NCBI GenBank assembly: GCA_021849995.1
Contig: JAJZSC010000001.1
Location: 1-38,536, forward strand
Length of the DNA: 38,536 nucleotides
Source of the DNA: Bacillota bacterium
GTDB taxonomy: Bacteria; Bacillota; Desulfitobacteriia; Desulfitobacteriales; Desulfitobacteriaceae
Direction: 5' to 3'
Position numbers and translations under genes: made by a program. Position 1 is the first letter of the stretch; each line of letters begins with the position of its first letter. Shown piece after piece: positions 9,247 to 19,564 of this stretch. Under the pieces are notes generated by a model. It searched no databases. It saw only the letters and a program-made list of their open reading frames with translations, and was not told where the DNA came from.

Positions 9247-9252
9247 ACAGAG

Positions 9253-9276
9253 AAAGGGAGCAAGGGCTCCCTTTTT
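9253..9276 (+). terminator. Rho-independent terminator after rpsR
   Basis: AAAGGGAGC-AAGG-GCTCCCTTT followed by TT and a T-rich tail. Confidence 0.75.
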
Positions 9277-9383
9277 GTGTGTTTTTCTTTAATTCGATTA
9301 ATAAGACTTAAGGTCAAAGAAGGAAATCCCAGTTCCCTTCGCGAACTGTTTGTTGATAGATTCTTGTTTAGGGGGGCCCTTTT

Positions 9384-9698
9384 GTGGAACATGTTGAAGT
9401 TGATGTAGTTAAAGGATTAAGGGCGATTGAGGAACTGAAGGTCGAAATGCTAGAGGCAAATTGGCGCTTTCAACATGGAATACTAAATGGTTCCGAGGCC
9501 GATATTTTAGAAGGATTAGCCGAATTAGTTGGGTTAAGCTATTTAGTTACCCGTAGGCTCGGATATGATTTCTCGCGTCTGGACAGAACTCTTTTGCAAA
9601 AACTTGAGAATTGGAAGGATTCCGAAAAGACTAACTTAGAAGAACACTGGGGTGACCTCAGTTTGCTACTGAGCTATTTAGCCCCGGAACTAGAGTAA
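9384..9698 (+). CDS. Small MazG-like (all-alpha NTP pyrophosphohydrolase-like) family protein
   Basis: 104 aa helical protein. The family assignment is from memory of similar about 100-aa proteins at this locus in Clostridia. GTG start follows a GGGGGG RBS. Confidence 0.5.
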   Translation: MEHVEVDVVKGLRAIEELKVEMLEANWRFQHGILNGSEADILEGLAELVGLSYLVTRRLGYDFSRLDRTLLQKLENWKDSEKTNLEEHWGDLSLLLSYLAPELE

Positions 9699-9708
9699 CT
9701 AGGAGAAA

Positions 9709-10665
9709 GTGTACATGTATATAAGTGACCGGAAAACATCTGATTTTTTGTCCCAACTCGCATTAGTTATTCTTCCGTGGTTAGGAATTGCCTGGGGCGC
9801 TTGGGGCTGGATACTTGAAGTAGTGCTTCTTCTTTCCGTGCTATGGATAGGTAAAAGTAAAGGTTTACTTACTTCAGTTCTGCTCTTAAGTATGGGTTAT
9901 CTTGCTGCTTTGGTTTATTACGGAGCTCCAGCCTTTTTAGAAATTGGTTATGTTCCTTTTGCTGGTCTGGCCATAAATTTCGGTCGATCACGTTCTTGGC
10001 CGGTAAAAGACTTGTTTTTCATGGGCTTGGTCGCAGCAGGGCTTTTAGGAGCTTTGCCAACGATTTATCTGGCTCGAGTTGGGGTAGACCCGCAATTGGC
10101 AGATAGTATTGTTAATACCACTATCGAGCAGTATAAGGCAGCAGGAATGTTATCAGCAATGCAGGAACAAGGTGTTAATGAGGTTCAACTCAGAAGCTAT
10201 ATGAGAATAGCTCTAAATTATTATTTTCTGTTAATACCTGCACTAGTTACACTAATTAACTTTATCAAGTTTGGATTGGTATATTTACTTTTTACTCGTT
10301 TATTTCCGGAACCTGGCGGTGGTGGAACTTCATTCTCAAGATGGCAGTTGCCTTGGTATGCTGTCTGGGGGGCAATCCTCGGCCTGGCCTTATATCTAAT
10401 TGGTGATGAGTATAATCTTTTAGCTTACAAAAATCTTGGTCTGAACCTAATCTTAGTGTATGCTGGGTTGGCATTAGTCCTAGGAATTTCGATTTATACT
10501 TTTTTCTTGCGCAATACCAAACTCCCTTTGCTCTTTAAATGGATAATGATCGTCGGTAGTTTTTTGTACTTACAGTTTTCCATGCTGACTTTAATACTAT
10601 TTGGTTTATTTGATCTGGTATTTAATTTCAGACGTCTACCAGATAATGGTAAGGAGGGTTCTTAA
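9709..10665 (+). CDS. YybS-like DUF2232 membrane protein
   Basis: Polytopic membrane protein placed between rpsR and rplI, as yybS is in Bacillus. Its stop overlaps the rplI ATG (TAATG at 10663-10667). Confidence 0.7.
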   Translation: MYMYISDRKTSDFLSQLALVILPWLGIAWGAWGWILEVVLLLSVLWIGKSKGLLTSVLLLSMGYLAALVYYGAPAFLEIGYVPFAGLAINFGRSRSWPVKDLFFMGLVAAGLLGALPTIYLARVGVDPQLADSIVNTTIEQYKAAGMLSAMQEQGVNEVQLRSYMRIALNYYFLLIPALVTLINFIKFGLVYLLFTRLFPEPGGGGTSFSRWQLPWYAVWGAILGLALYLIGDEYNLLAYKNLGLNLILVYAGLALVLGISIYTFFLRNTKLPLLFKWIMIVGSFLYLQFSMLTLILFGLFDLVFNFRRLPDNGKEGS

Positions 10666-11111
10666 TGAAGGTAATATTAAAAGCAGATGTGAAAAGTTTA
10701 GGGAAAAAGGGGCAGGTTCTTGAAGTAGCAGATGGATATGCTCGTAATTTCCTTTTCCCAAGAGGATGGGCGGTCGAAGCTACTATGGGGGCTATTAATG
10801 ATTTAGCCCAGAAAAAGGCTTCTGAAGAAAAGAAGAAAGCTAAAGAGAAGCAAGACGCGGAGGCTCTGGCTTCGAAACTTAACTCATTAATAATCAAGGT
10901 AGTCACTAAGACAGGTGAAGGCGGAAGGTTATTTGGGTCAGTTACCAGCAAGGAGATAGCTGAGGCACTTAAGCAGCAGCATGGGATAGATTTGGATAAG
11001 AGAAGGCTTGAACTTAAAGAACCAATAAAAAACCTTGGTACTTTTGTTCTTCAAGCACGTTTACACCCTGAGGTAATTGCTAAGATTCAGGTACAGGTAG
11101 TCGGAACCTAA
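10665..11111 (+). CDS. rplI: 50S ribosomal protein L9
   Basis: MKVILKADVKSLGKKGQVLEVADGYARNFLFPRG. Confidence 0.95.
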   Translation: MKVILKADVKSLGKKGQVLEVADGYARNFLFPRGWAVEATMGAINDLAQKKASEEKKKAKEKQDAEALASKLNSLIIKVVTKTGEGGRLFGSVTSKEIAEALKQQHGIDLDKRRLELKEPIKNLGTFVLQARLHPEVIAKIQVQVVGT

Positions 11112-11139
11112 ATATCTCTATTCACGGAAGGGGACCCCA

Positions 11140-13044
11140 ATGAAAGGGCTATTATCTAAATGGTTAAAGCAGGAGAGTTTAACTAGTGACGAGATACTCG
11201 ATGAAGAAAAGTTAAAGCGTGAAGTAGATGCCCTTTATTTATTATTATCTAATTTTTATGGAACGGATAAACTGGTGATCAAGGCGACGAAGTTGGAGGC
11301 TCTAAGCTTAATGCGCTCAGAAAACCTAGCTGAGCGTGTAACCGGTTTGCAAAAGTTAGTACTAGATGACCCCACTAAAAGAGAGTTGGCTGATTCCCAA
11401 AATATACCGTTAATTTTAGAAGAGATTGAGGATCAAATCGCTGAACTTATAGCGAAACGTTCACTCGAAGAGCGGCTGGAAAAAGTAGTCGCTGAAAAAA
11501 TGCAAGAGCGGCATGAAGACTACATTAAAGAGATAAAAAACCAAGTACTTAAAGAGACTGCTGGCCCTGAAAATGCGCAGACCCTGAAAAAACTAGCATT
11601 ATTGGAGAAAATGAATCATACTAAACTCAATAATTCCGTTTCTGAGGTTTTACGGCCACAATCCGTAGATGAAATTATTGGTCAGGAAGCTCCAGTTAGA
11701 GCGTTACTTGCCAAGTTAGCTACCCCATTTCCCCAACATATCTTGATTTACGGGCCTCCGGGAGTAGGCAAAACATCTGCTGCCCGGGTAGCTTTGGAAA
11801 CTGTTAAGAAATATAAGCATTCACCTTTTAGGACGGATGCACCCTTCATTGAGGTTGATGGAACCACCTTGCGCTGGGACCCACGTGATGTTACCAATCC
11901 ACTCTTAGGATCTGTTCATGATCCTATTTATCAAGGAGCAAAGCGTGAGTTGGCTGATACTGGTGTGCCAGAACCAAAGCTTGGTCTGGTCAGTGATGCA
12001 CATGCAGGTATTTTATTTATTGATGAAATCGGGGAAATGGACACTCTGCTTCTAAACAAGCTTCTAAAGGTTCTTGAGGATAAACGAGTATCATTTGATT
12101 CTTCGTATTATGATCCGAGCGATCCCAACATTCCTCAATATATCAAGAAACTCTTTGAAGATGGAGCTCCAGCAGACTTTGTTCTTATTGGGGCTACCAC
12201 AAGGGATCCCAATGAAATAAACCCAGCTTTACGCTCACGTTGCGCGGAAGTGTATTTTGATCCATTAGAGCCGGCGGATATTAAGACAATTATTGAGCAT
12301 GCCGCTGATAAATTAGGGGTTATCCTTGAAGATGGTGTTCCTGGACTGATTAGTGAATATGTTATCGAGGGACGTAAAGCTAATAATATCTTAACAGATG
12401 CCTATGGAGTGGCGAGATTCAATAGCCCCGAACAGGATAAAATTTATATTTCCAGTGCAAATGTTTATGAAGTATTACGTTCAGCAAGGTTATCTCCCTA
12501 TGTGTTTGAAAAGGTTCATTCAGGAGGCGAGGTCGGTAGGGTACTGGGATTGGGTGTGGCAGGATTTCTTGGCTCAATCATTGAAATAGAGGCAATACTT
12601 TTTCCGATCAAAGAGGGAAAGGGAATAATTCGATTTAATGAAACGGCTGGTACTATGGCCAGAGACGCAGTTTTTAATGCTACAGCTGTAATTAGAAGCC
12701 TTAGCGGGGATGACCTGCACAACTATGATATCCATGTCAACGTAGTTGGCGGCGGAAAGATCGATGGTCCGTCGGCCGGTCTTGCCACTACCTTGGCGAT
12801 ATATAGCTCCTTAAAAAAACAGCCGATTCGTCAGGATATAGCTCTAACAGGGGAAATTTCCCTTCATGGTAGGGTTAAGCCAGTTGGCGGGATTTATGAG
12901 AAAATCTTTGGGGCTAAGCAGGCAGGAGTAAAAACAGTGTTGATTCCGTTAGATAATGCAGACGACGTTCCGAAGGGACTTCGGGGAATCGAAGTAATTC
13001 CTGTTGCCTCGGTAGAAGAAGCGATGGAATTCGTATTCGTGTAG
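11140..13044 (+). CDS. lonC: Lon family ATP-dependent protease, LonC-like (spore-former type)
   Basis: Coiled N-terminal region. AAA+ Walker A YGPPGVGKTS and Walker B ILFIDEIGE. C-terminal Lon protease domain with KIDGPSAGLA (Ser) and a downstream Lys. It sits between rplI and dnaB. Confidence 0.8.
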   Translation: MKGLLSKWLKQESLTSDEILDEEKLKREVDALYLLLSNFYGTDKLVIKATKLEALSLMRSENLAERVTGLQKLVLDDPTKRELADSQNIPLILEEIEDQIAELIAKRSLEERLEKVVAEKMQERHEDYIKEIKNQVLKETAGPENAQTLKKLALLEKMNHTKLNNSVSEVLRPQSVDEIIGQEAPVRALLAKLATPFPQHILIYGPPGVGKTSAARVALETVKKYKHSPFRTDAPFIEVDGTTLRWDPRDVTNPLLGSVHDPIYQGAKRELADTGVPEPKLGLVSDAHAGILFIDEIGEMDTLLLNKLLKVLEDKRVSFDSSYYDPSDPNIPQYIKKLFEDGAPADFVLIGATTRDPNEINPALRSRCAEVYFDPLEPADIKTIIEHAADKLGVILEDGVPGLISEYVIEGRKANNILTDAYGVARFNSPEQDKIYISSANVYEVLRSARLSPYVFEKVHSGGEVGRVLGLGVAGFLGSIIEIEAILFPIKEGKGIIRFNETAGTMARDAVFNATAVIRSLSGDDLHNYDIHVNVVGGGKIDGPSAGLATTLAIYSSLKKQPIRQDIALTGEISLHGRVKPVGGIYEKIFGAKQAGVKTVLIPLDNADDVPKGLRGIEVIPVASVEEAMEFVFV

Positions 13045-13079
13045 AGCGCTTATATAGATATAATTAGGGGGAGACTAGA

Positions 13080-14411
13080 ATGGAACTGGCCAAGGTTCTG
13101 CCACATAACCTAGAGGCTGAACAATCTGTGCTGGGCGCCATAATGCTGGATCCGGAAGCAGGCAGTTCCGTTTTCGAAATCCTGTTGCCAGAAGATTTTT
13201 ATCGTGACAATCATAGATTAGTTTTTACTGCAGTAAGAGATTTGTTTGAGAAAGGCGATCCGATTGATTTAGTCTCAGTCGCGGAAGCCTTGCGTCAAAG
13301 TGGCAGGTTAGAACAGATTGGCGGTATCTCTACAATCTCTCAAATTGCCAGGTCAGTGCCATCTGCAGCAAACGTAGATTATTATGGCAGGATTGTCGCG
13401 GAGAAGTCCTTGGTTCGGCAGCTGATCAAGGCGGCCGAGAGGATAGCAGAAAAGGGGTATGAGCCCGGAGAAGAGGCTTATGGGCTCCTCGAAGAAGCAG
13501 AGAAAATGATTCTTGACCTGTCGCAAAGACAAATTAAAGACGGGTTTGTTTCTATACGCAATATTTTGCTGCAAACATTTGAAAAAATAGAGTACCTCTA
13601 TGCTAACAAAGGCAATTTAACCGGAGTGCCTACTTTTTTCACTGAATTGGACAGGGTTACATCCGGATGGCAGCCGGCTGATTTGATTGTAATTGCAGCA
13701 AGGCCTTCAATGGGTAAAACTGCACTAGTTCTGAACATGGCACAAAATGCTGCTGTTCGGGCTAAGACCCCAGTAGCAGTGTTTAGCTTGGAAATGTCCA
13801 AAGAGCAGTTAGTACAAAGGATGTTATGTTCAGAGGCAATGGTTGATCAACAAAGGGTAAGAACCGGTAACCTGCTTGACACTGATTGGCCAAGGTTGAC
13901 CAAAGCAGTAGGCCCATTGTCTGAGGCGCCCATCTTTATAGATGATACAGTTGGAATCTCTTTAAGTGAACTCCGTTCCAAAGCCAGACGCCTGAAGCTG
14001 GAAAGCGGTTTGGGTATGATTGTAATCGATTATCTTCAGTTGATGACAGTAGGGCGGAAAGCAGAAAGCAGACAACAAGAAGTTGCCCAGATCTCTCGGG
14101 GCCTTAAAGGAATAGCTCGTGAACTTAGGGTACCGGTTATTGCTTTATCCCAATTAAACAGGGGAGTTGAGCAAAGGCAAGACAAACGCCCTATTATGTC
14201 CGACCTGCTTGAATCCGGTGCCATTGAAGCTGATGCTGATGTTATTTCATTTATTTATAGAGATGAATACTATAATCCGGACTCAGAAAAAAAAGGAATA
14301 GCAGAAATAATTATTGCTAAGCACCGCAATGGTCCGGTAGGCGCGGTTGAATTAGGGTATTTGAAGGAATTCACCAAGTTTGTCAATCTGGATCGCCAAC
14401 ACGTTTCATAA
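13080..14411 (+). CDS. dnaB: Replicative DNA helicase
   Basis: LPHNLEAEQSVLGAIMLD N-terminus, Walker A ARPSMGKTA, 443 aa. Confidence 0.95.
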   Translation: MELAKVLPHNLEAEQSVLGAIMLDPEAGSSVFEILLPEDFYRDNHRLVFTAVRDLFEKGDPIDLVSVAEALRQSGRLEQIGGISTISQIARSVPSAANVDYYGRIVAEKSLVRQLIKAAERIAEKGYEPGEEAYGLLEEAEKMILDLSQRQIKDGFVSIRNILLQTFEKIEYLYANKGNLTGVPTFFTELDRVTSGWQPADLIVIAARPSMGKTALVLNMAQNAAVRAKTPVAVFSLEMSKEQLVQRMLCSEAMVDQQRVRTGNLLDTDWPRLTKAVGPLSEAPIFIDDTVGISLSELRSKARRLKLESGLGMIVIDYLQLMTVGRKAESRQQEVAQISRGLKGIARELRVPVIALSQLNRGVEQRQDKRPIMSDLLESGAIEADADVISFIYRDEYYNPDSEKKGIAEIIIAKHRNGPVGAVELGYLKEFTKFVNLDRQHVS

Positions 14412-14422
14412 AAGACTCTTCT

Positions 14423-14445
14423 GCACCTGTATAAGGTGCTTTTTT
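14423..14445 (+). terminator. Rho-independent terminator after dnaB
   Basis: GCACC-TGTATAA-GGTGC followed by TTTTTT. Confidence 0.7.
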
Positions 14446-14452
14446 AGCGCCA

Positions 14453-14595
14453 TCCAGAAAGCATATCTGCAACTAGGACGCTGAAATGCGAGGTGTCGAG
14501 TGTCCTAGTTCAGCACCTGCCTGGATGGCATTATGGTGCTGTGGCATAGCATTCGGCCTTCCGCCTGCGTCTCAAGACTTGGCACAAGTTTAGTT
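14453..14595 (+). repeat. Dispersed intergenic repeat, expanded copy C carrying a nested inverted repeat
   Basis: The 5' end CCAGAAAGCATATCT and the 3' part GGTGCTGTGGCATAGCATTCGGCCTTCCGCCTGCGTCTCAAGACTTGGCACAAGTTT match the family. Nested 9-bp inverted repeats lie across the 5' end of the copy and a stretch of non-family sequence: GCCATCCAG/CTGGATGGC (14449-14457 and 14521-14529) and AACTAGGAC/GTCCTAGTT (14471-14479 and 14502-14510). Confidence 0.65.
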
Positions 14596-14665
14596 TTGTA
14601 TATGGAAACAAAAAGCCAGAATCGAATATTATATATGTATACAGGGCTTAATGTTCGCGTTTTCA

Positions 14666-14694
14666 TTGACATCAAAGCTGAGGACTGCTAAGAT
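14666..14694 (+). promoter_or_regulatory. Candidate sigma-A promoter about 230 nt upstream of purB
   Basis: TTGACA (14666-14671), 17-nt spacer, extended -10 TGcTAAGAT (14686-14694). Confidence 0.55.
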
Positions 14695-14925
14695 AAAGCT
14701 GTTTGCGGCGTACCCTGCCATATTGGTTTTATCATTCTCATTATCTCCTTCGCTCGGGGGAAGAATAATCTGTATGAAGTAAAATTAGGCAGAGGAAGCC
14801 GATTATTCCGGTTCTAATTAATAGTGAATTTGGTGGAGACTGCACGGCTTAAATATAAAAAAGAAGAACAGTTAATTGTAGTTGCCTATGATATTGCATT
14901 ATAGGGTTCACAGGAGGGACTAGGA

Positions 14926-16221
14926 TTGCTTAACCGTTATACCCATCCAGAAATGGGGGAACTCTGGTACGAAGGATTTGAATATGAACGCTGGTTAGAA
15001 GTAGAAATAGCAGTATGCAATGTGATGGCTGACAGGGGCGAAATTCCGATCGAGGCTGTAGCAGAAATTAAGAGTAAGGCAAAAGTTAATCCCAATCGTA
15101 TCGCAGAAATAGAGAAAGTTGTACGTCACGATTTGATTGCCTTTCTGCAAGCCGTTGTCGAAGAAGTCGGAGAATCCGGTAAATATATTCACCTTGGTCT
15201 TACTTCTTCTGATGTGAAAGATACCGGATTAAGCTTAGTACTGCGTGACTCGGGGTTGCTTTTGAAAAAAAACCTGCAGTCTTTGCGAGAAATATTGGCA
15301 AAAAGGGCTTTAGAAACAAAGAATACAGTCATGGTCGGCCGGACTCACGGGATTCATGCTGAACCGCTGACCTTTGGTCTTAAGCTTGCTTTATGGATTG
15401 CTGAAGTAGATCGCCAAATTGAGCGTCTTGAACAGGCAATAGAATCAGTCAGTGTAGGCAAGATATCTGGAGCAGTGGGGACTTATGCCAATGTGTCACC
15501 CGAGGTGGAAGAGGCGGTTTGTGTTCGTTTGGGACTCAAGCCGGCACTTGTAAGTAATCAGATTCTCCAGCGGGACAGACATGCCCATTTTGTGACGACT
15601 CTGGCCTTGATAGGAAGCACTCTGGAAAAAATGGCTACTGAAATTCGGAATTTGCAGCGAACTGACATTTTGGAGGTTGAGGAATCTTTTTCCGAAGGTC
15701 AAAAAGGTTCTTCAGCTATGCCTCATAAGCGCAACCCCATCAGCTCTGAACAAGTGGCCGGAATGTCGCGTCTCTTAAGGGGAAACGCCGTGGCAGCACT
15801 TGAAAATGTAGCTCTTTGGCACGAGCGTGATATGACTCATTCCTCAGTCGAGAGGGTTATTCTTCCAGATAGTTGTATATTACTGGATTACATGTTAAGG
15901 CAAATGATCAAAATAATTGGTGGGCTGAAAGTTAATGCCAGCCAAATGCAGGAGAACCTTAACAAAACCTATGGAATGACCTCTTCTCAAAGAATATTGC
16001 TTGCTTTAGTGGAAAAAGGTTGTATGCGAGAAGAAGCATATCCTTGGGTCCAAGAGCTAGCCTTTAAAGCTTGGCATGAAAGTAAGGATTTCATCCAGTT
16101 AGTAGGTAATGATCAGAGAATCAGCAAATATCTATCCAAGGATGAGATAGATTCTCTCTTTGACCTGGATTATCATCTTAAACATGTTGATTCTGTCTTT
16201 AAAAGACTTGGATTAGTTTAA
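14926..16221 (+). CDS. purB: Adenylosuccinate lyase
   Basis: (M)LNRYTHPEM N-terminus, fumarate-lyase signature GSSAMPHKRNP, 431 aa. TTG start follows GGAGGGA. Confidence 0.93.
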   Translation: MLNRYTHPEMGELWYEGFEYERWLEVEIAVCNVMADRGEIPIEAVAEIKSKAKVNPNRIAEIEKVVRHDLIAFLQAVVEEVGESGKYIHLGLTSSDVKDTGLSLVLRDSGLLLKKNLQSLREILAKRALETKNTVMVGRTHGIHAEPLTFGLKLALWIAEVDRQIERLEQAIESVSVGKISGAVGTYANVSPEVEEAVCVRLGLKPALVSNQILQRDRHAHFVTTLALIGSTLEKMATEIRNLQRTDILEVEESFSEGQKGSSAMPHKRNPISSEQVAGMSRLLRGNAVAALENVALWHERDMTHSSVERVILPDSCILLDYMLRQMIKIIGGLKVNASQMQENLNKTYGMTSSQRILLALVEKGCMREEAYPWVQELAFKAWHESKDFIQLVGNDQRISKYLSKDEIDSLFDLDYHLKHVDSVFKRLGLV

Positions 16222-16299
16222 AACCAATAGTAGGATGGCTTAAGGATTAGGGATTTTTGGCTTAGCAAATGCAGGGAAGTAAAGAATGGAGGAATTTGA

Positions 16300-17583
<1,284 letters not shown>

Positions 17584-17764
17584 CAGACATCAAATATTTT
17601 TATCATAATAGTTTTAAATGATAGCAGCTAAAATTTTAATCAATCCCTTATGAATATCCCGCTAGATACAAAAGATAATTTTAATTGAAGCTCCTGAAGA
17701 GTTGATGCAATCAGCCGTTGGCTTCTGGTAAAAATTATTAAACAAGCTTTTTTAAAAATTAGTA

Positions 17765-17793
17765 TTGACACTTCATCTTTTTTACTGTAAAAT
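17765..17793 (+). promoter_or_regulatory. Candidate sigma-A promoter of the tRNA cluster
   Basis: TTGACA (17765-17770), 17-nt spacer, TAAAAT (17788-17793). It is about 20 nt upstream of tRNA-Lys. Confidence 0.65.
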
Positions 17794-17812
17794 TCAAATC
17801 CGTGAGTGAGTT

Positions 17813-17888
17813 GAGCCATTAGCTCAGTCGGTAGAGCACCTGACTTTTAATCAGGGTGTCCCGCGTTCGAGTCGCGGATGGCTCACCA
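17813..17888 (+). tRNA. tRNA-Lys (anticodon UUU)
   Basis: GAGCCATTAGCTCAGTCGGTAGAGC.., anticodon loop CTTTTAA, T arm CGCGTTCGAGTCGCG, acceptor closes with TGGCTCA-CCA. Confidence 0.93.
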
Positions 17889-17990
17889 AATTCGAAGTTC
17901 GTGGTACGAAGTTAGAAGTTCGAATAACCAAGTCGAACAGAAAAGCAACCAGGATCGAATATCGTGCATCGAATTTCGAACATCGAATCT

Positions 17991-18066
17991 GGCCCATTGG
18001 TCAAGCGGCCTAAGACACCGCCCTTTCACGGCGGTAACACGGGTTCGAATCCCGTATGGGTCACCA
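17991..18066 (+). tRNA. tRNA-Glu (anticodon UUC)
   Basis: GGCCCATTGGTCAAGCGGCCTAAGACACCGCCCTTTCACGGCGG..GGGTTCGAATCCC..GGGTCA-CCA, the canonical bacterial tRNA-Glu pattern. Confidence 0.93.
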
Positions 18067-18071
18067 TTTTT

Positions 18072-18147
<76 letters not shown>

Positions 18148-18176
18148 TTTATAAAATATACCACGTAAGTGGTTGC

Positions 18177-18210
18177 AAAGATCTCTGTTATGCAGAGGTC
18201 TTTATTATTA
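18177..18210 (+). terminator. Terminator-like hairpin after the tRNA cluster
   Basis: AAAGATCTCTG-TTATG-CAGAGGTCTTT (one G-U pair) followed by ATTATTA. Confidence 0.5.
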
Positions 18211-18449
18211 GTCAGAAGCTTATCAGTTAGAAAGTAGAGTAAGAAAATATATAAGCTATAAGGCAATGTCACAAAAACTAATAGTCGGAATGCATACTTC
18301 AGAAAGCATATTTTATAAAGCATATCGTTCAGGGTATAAAGGAGTTTATTATCCTATTGTTCATTTGCCAAAAATAAGGTAAAATATAAAAACAAGCCTA
18401 AAAAAGCTTTTACCATCGTTTGCGGATTTGCGAAGTGAGGGAAATAAGA

Positions 18450-18998
18450 TTGAAAAAGGCTGGCAGAACAATATTAGTTTTCTTAGTTTTGCTTTCTTTG
18501 TTTGTGCTCTCCGGCTGCGGGTCGCTGGAAGAAGCAATGGAAAAAGCAAAGACAATGGTTCCGAAGGATTGGGACCTGGTTCATACAGAACAGGTTCAGG
18601 AAAATGCTGTTGTCGTGTTTTACATGCGGAACAATGATTTGGGAGCGGGGTTATTCCAGAAAGAATCTTTTGGGTGGGAATGGGTTGGCAGTGGTCTGGG
18701 AACCTTGGTCACTCAGCCTTCTGGCCTTTCTTGGCGATATTCAGATCTGGGAAAAAGCAAAACTCAGTTTTCAGTTTTTTACGGCTTAGTAACAAACCCT
18801 GCAATAACCAGTGTGCAAGTCAAGACCACTTTTGGGCAAACAGCCAAAGCAAAAATAGTTGAGAGCAATGGTTTGAAATTATGGTTAGCCTTTATTGATA
18901 AACCACAGATTCCGTCAGTAGATGCAGATATAATAGGATATTCTGAATCTGGAGAAGTTCTCTATTTATTTAGCCAGCCTAAACAAGGCTCAAAATAA
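18450..18998 (+). CDS. Putative lipoprotein of unknown function
   Basis: Signal peptide with lipobox LSGC (..ILVFLVLLSLFVLSGCGS..). The likely start is TTG 18450, preceded by GAGGGA; the ORF-track start at 18420 lacks an RBS. Confidence 0.6.
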   Translation: MKKAGRTILVFLVLLSLFVLSGCGSLEEAMEKAKTMVPKDWDLVHTEQVQENAVVVFYMRNNDLGAGLFQKESFGWEWVGSGLGTLVTQPSGLSWRYSDLGKSKTQFSVFYGLVTNPAITSVQVKTTFGQTAKAKIVESNGLKLWLAFIDKPQIPSVDADIIGYSESGEVLYLFSQPKQGSK

Positions 18999-19070
18999 TG
19001 TGGCGGTCTAACTTGTCCTCATGCTATAATCATGTGGTGAATTCATCAGTTACGAGAGGAGGATTTCTAC

Positions 19071-19211
19071 GTGTCTAAACATATTCAAACAATTATCAAA
19101 GCGAATCTTAATTCAACTGTTAAAACTGGTGGTTGTGGTGAATGCCAGACTTCCTGTCAGTCAGCATGTAAGACTTCTTGCACCGTTGGTAATCAGGTTT
19201 GCGTAAAATAA
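19071..19211 (+). CDS. scfA: SCIFF (six-cysteines-in-forty-five) ribosomal peptide precursor
   Basis: Not in the ORF track (46 aa). GTG 19071 follows GAGAGGAGGA. Translation: MSKHIQTIIKANLNSTVKTGGCGECQTSCQSACKTSCTVGNQVCVK. It has the invariant GGCGECQTSCQSACKTSCTVGNQ core and lies upstream of its radical SAM maturase. Confidence 0.92.
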   Translation: MSKHIQTIIKANLNSTVKTGGCGECQTSCQSACKTSCTVGNQVCVK

Positions 19212-19317
19212 TTGCAAGCTGCTTACACTCCGGGCAAAAAAATTTTAGATAGCCTTAAATTCTTATATACTCTAAATACTTATAGATGTGTCCAACAAAA
19301 ATTGCACATAATCACCT

Positions 19318-19355
19318 GAACCCAACCCTTTGCGGGTCTGGGTTCTATTGCTTTT
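19318..19355 (+). terminator. Hairpin, possible partial terminator or attenuator between scfA and scfB
   Basis: GAACCCAACCC-TTTGC-GGGTCTGGGTTC (about 11 bp with one bulge) followed by TATTGCTTTT. Confidence 0.45.
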
Positions 19356-19564
19356 AGGAATAAACTTAGTTATCAGCCTATATTGATACCTTAGAATATG
19401 TATTTGTTCTAGCGAACTGAGCCCAAAATAAAAGGCTAAGAAGTTATTAACTAAGGACATAGGAATGTTCGATTGTGCCATTTACGGTATAGAGTTTGTT
19501 AGAGGAACTATAATGTCTGATTGATAAATAGATTTGACGATTTAGGAAAAGAGAGGATATTTTT

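Noticed and set aside
14596-14925. Purine, ZTP or PRPP riboswitch upstream of purB
   Set aside because: None of the conserved cores I know is present, so no riboswitch is called. I checked for the purine aptamer junction (TATAAT..GGATATGG..CTACC), the ZTP motifs (GGGTCGTGACTGGCG and CCGCCTGGGC) and the PRPP class.
19272-19481. 69-aa minus-strand ORF in the scfA-scfB spacer
   Set aside because: It has no RBS and low-complexity composition, and it lies antisense within an operon spacer. It is more likely non-coding.
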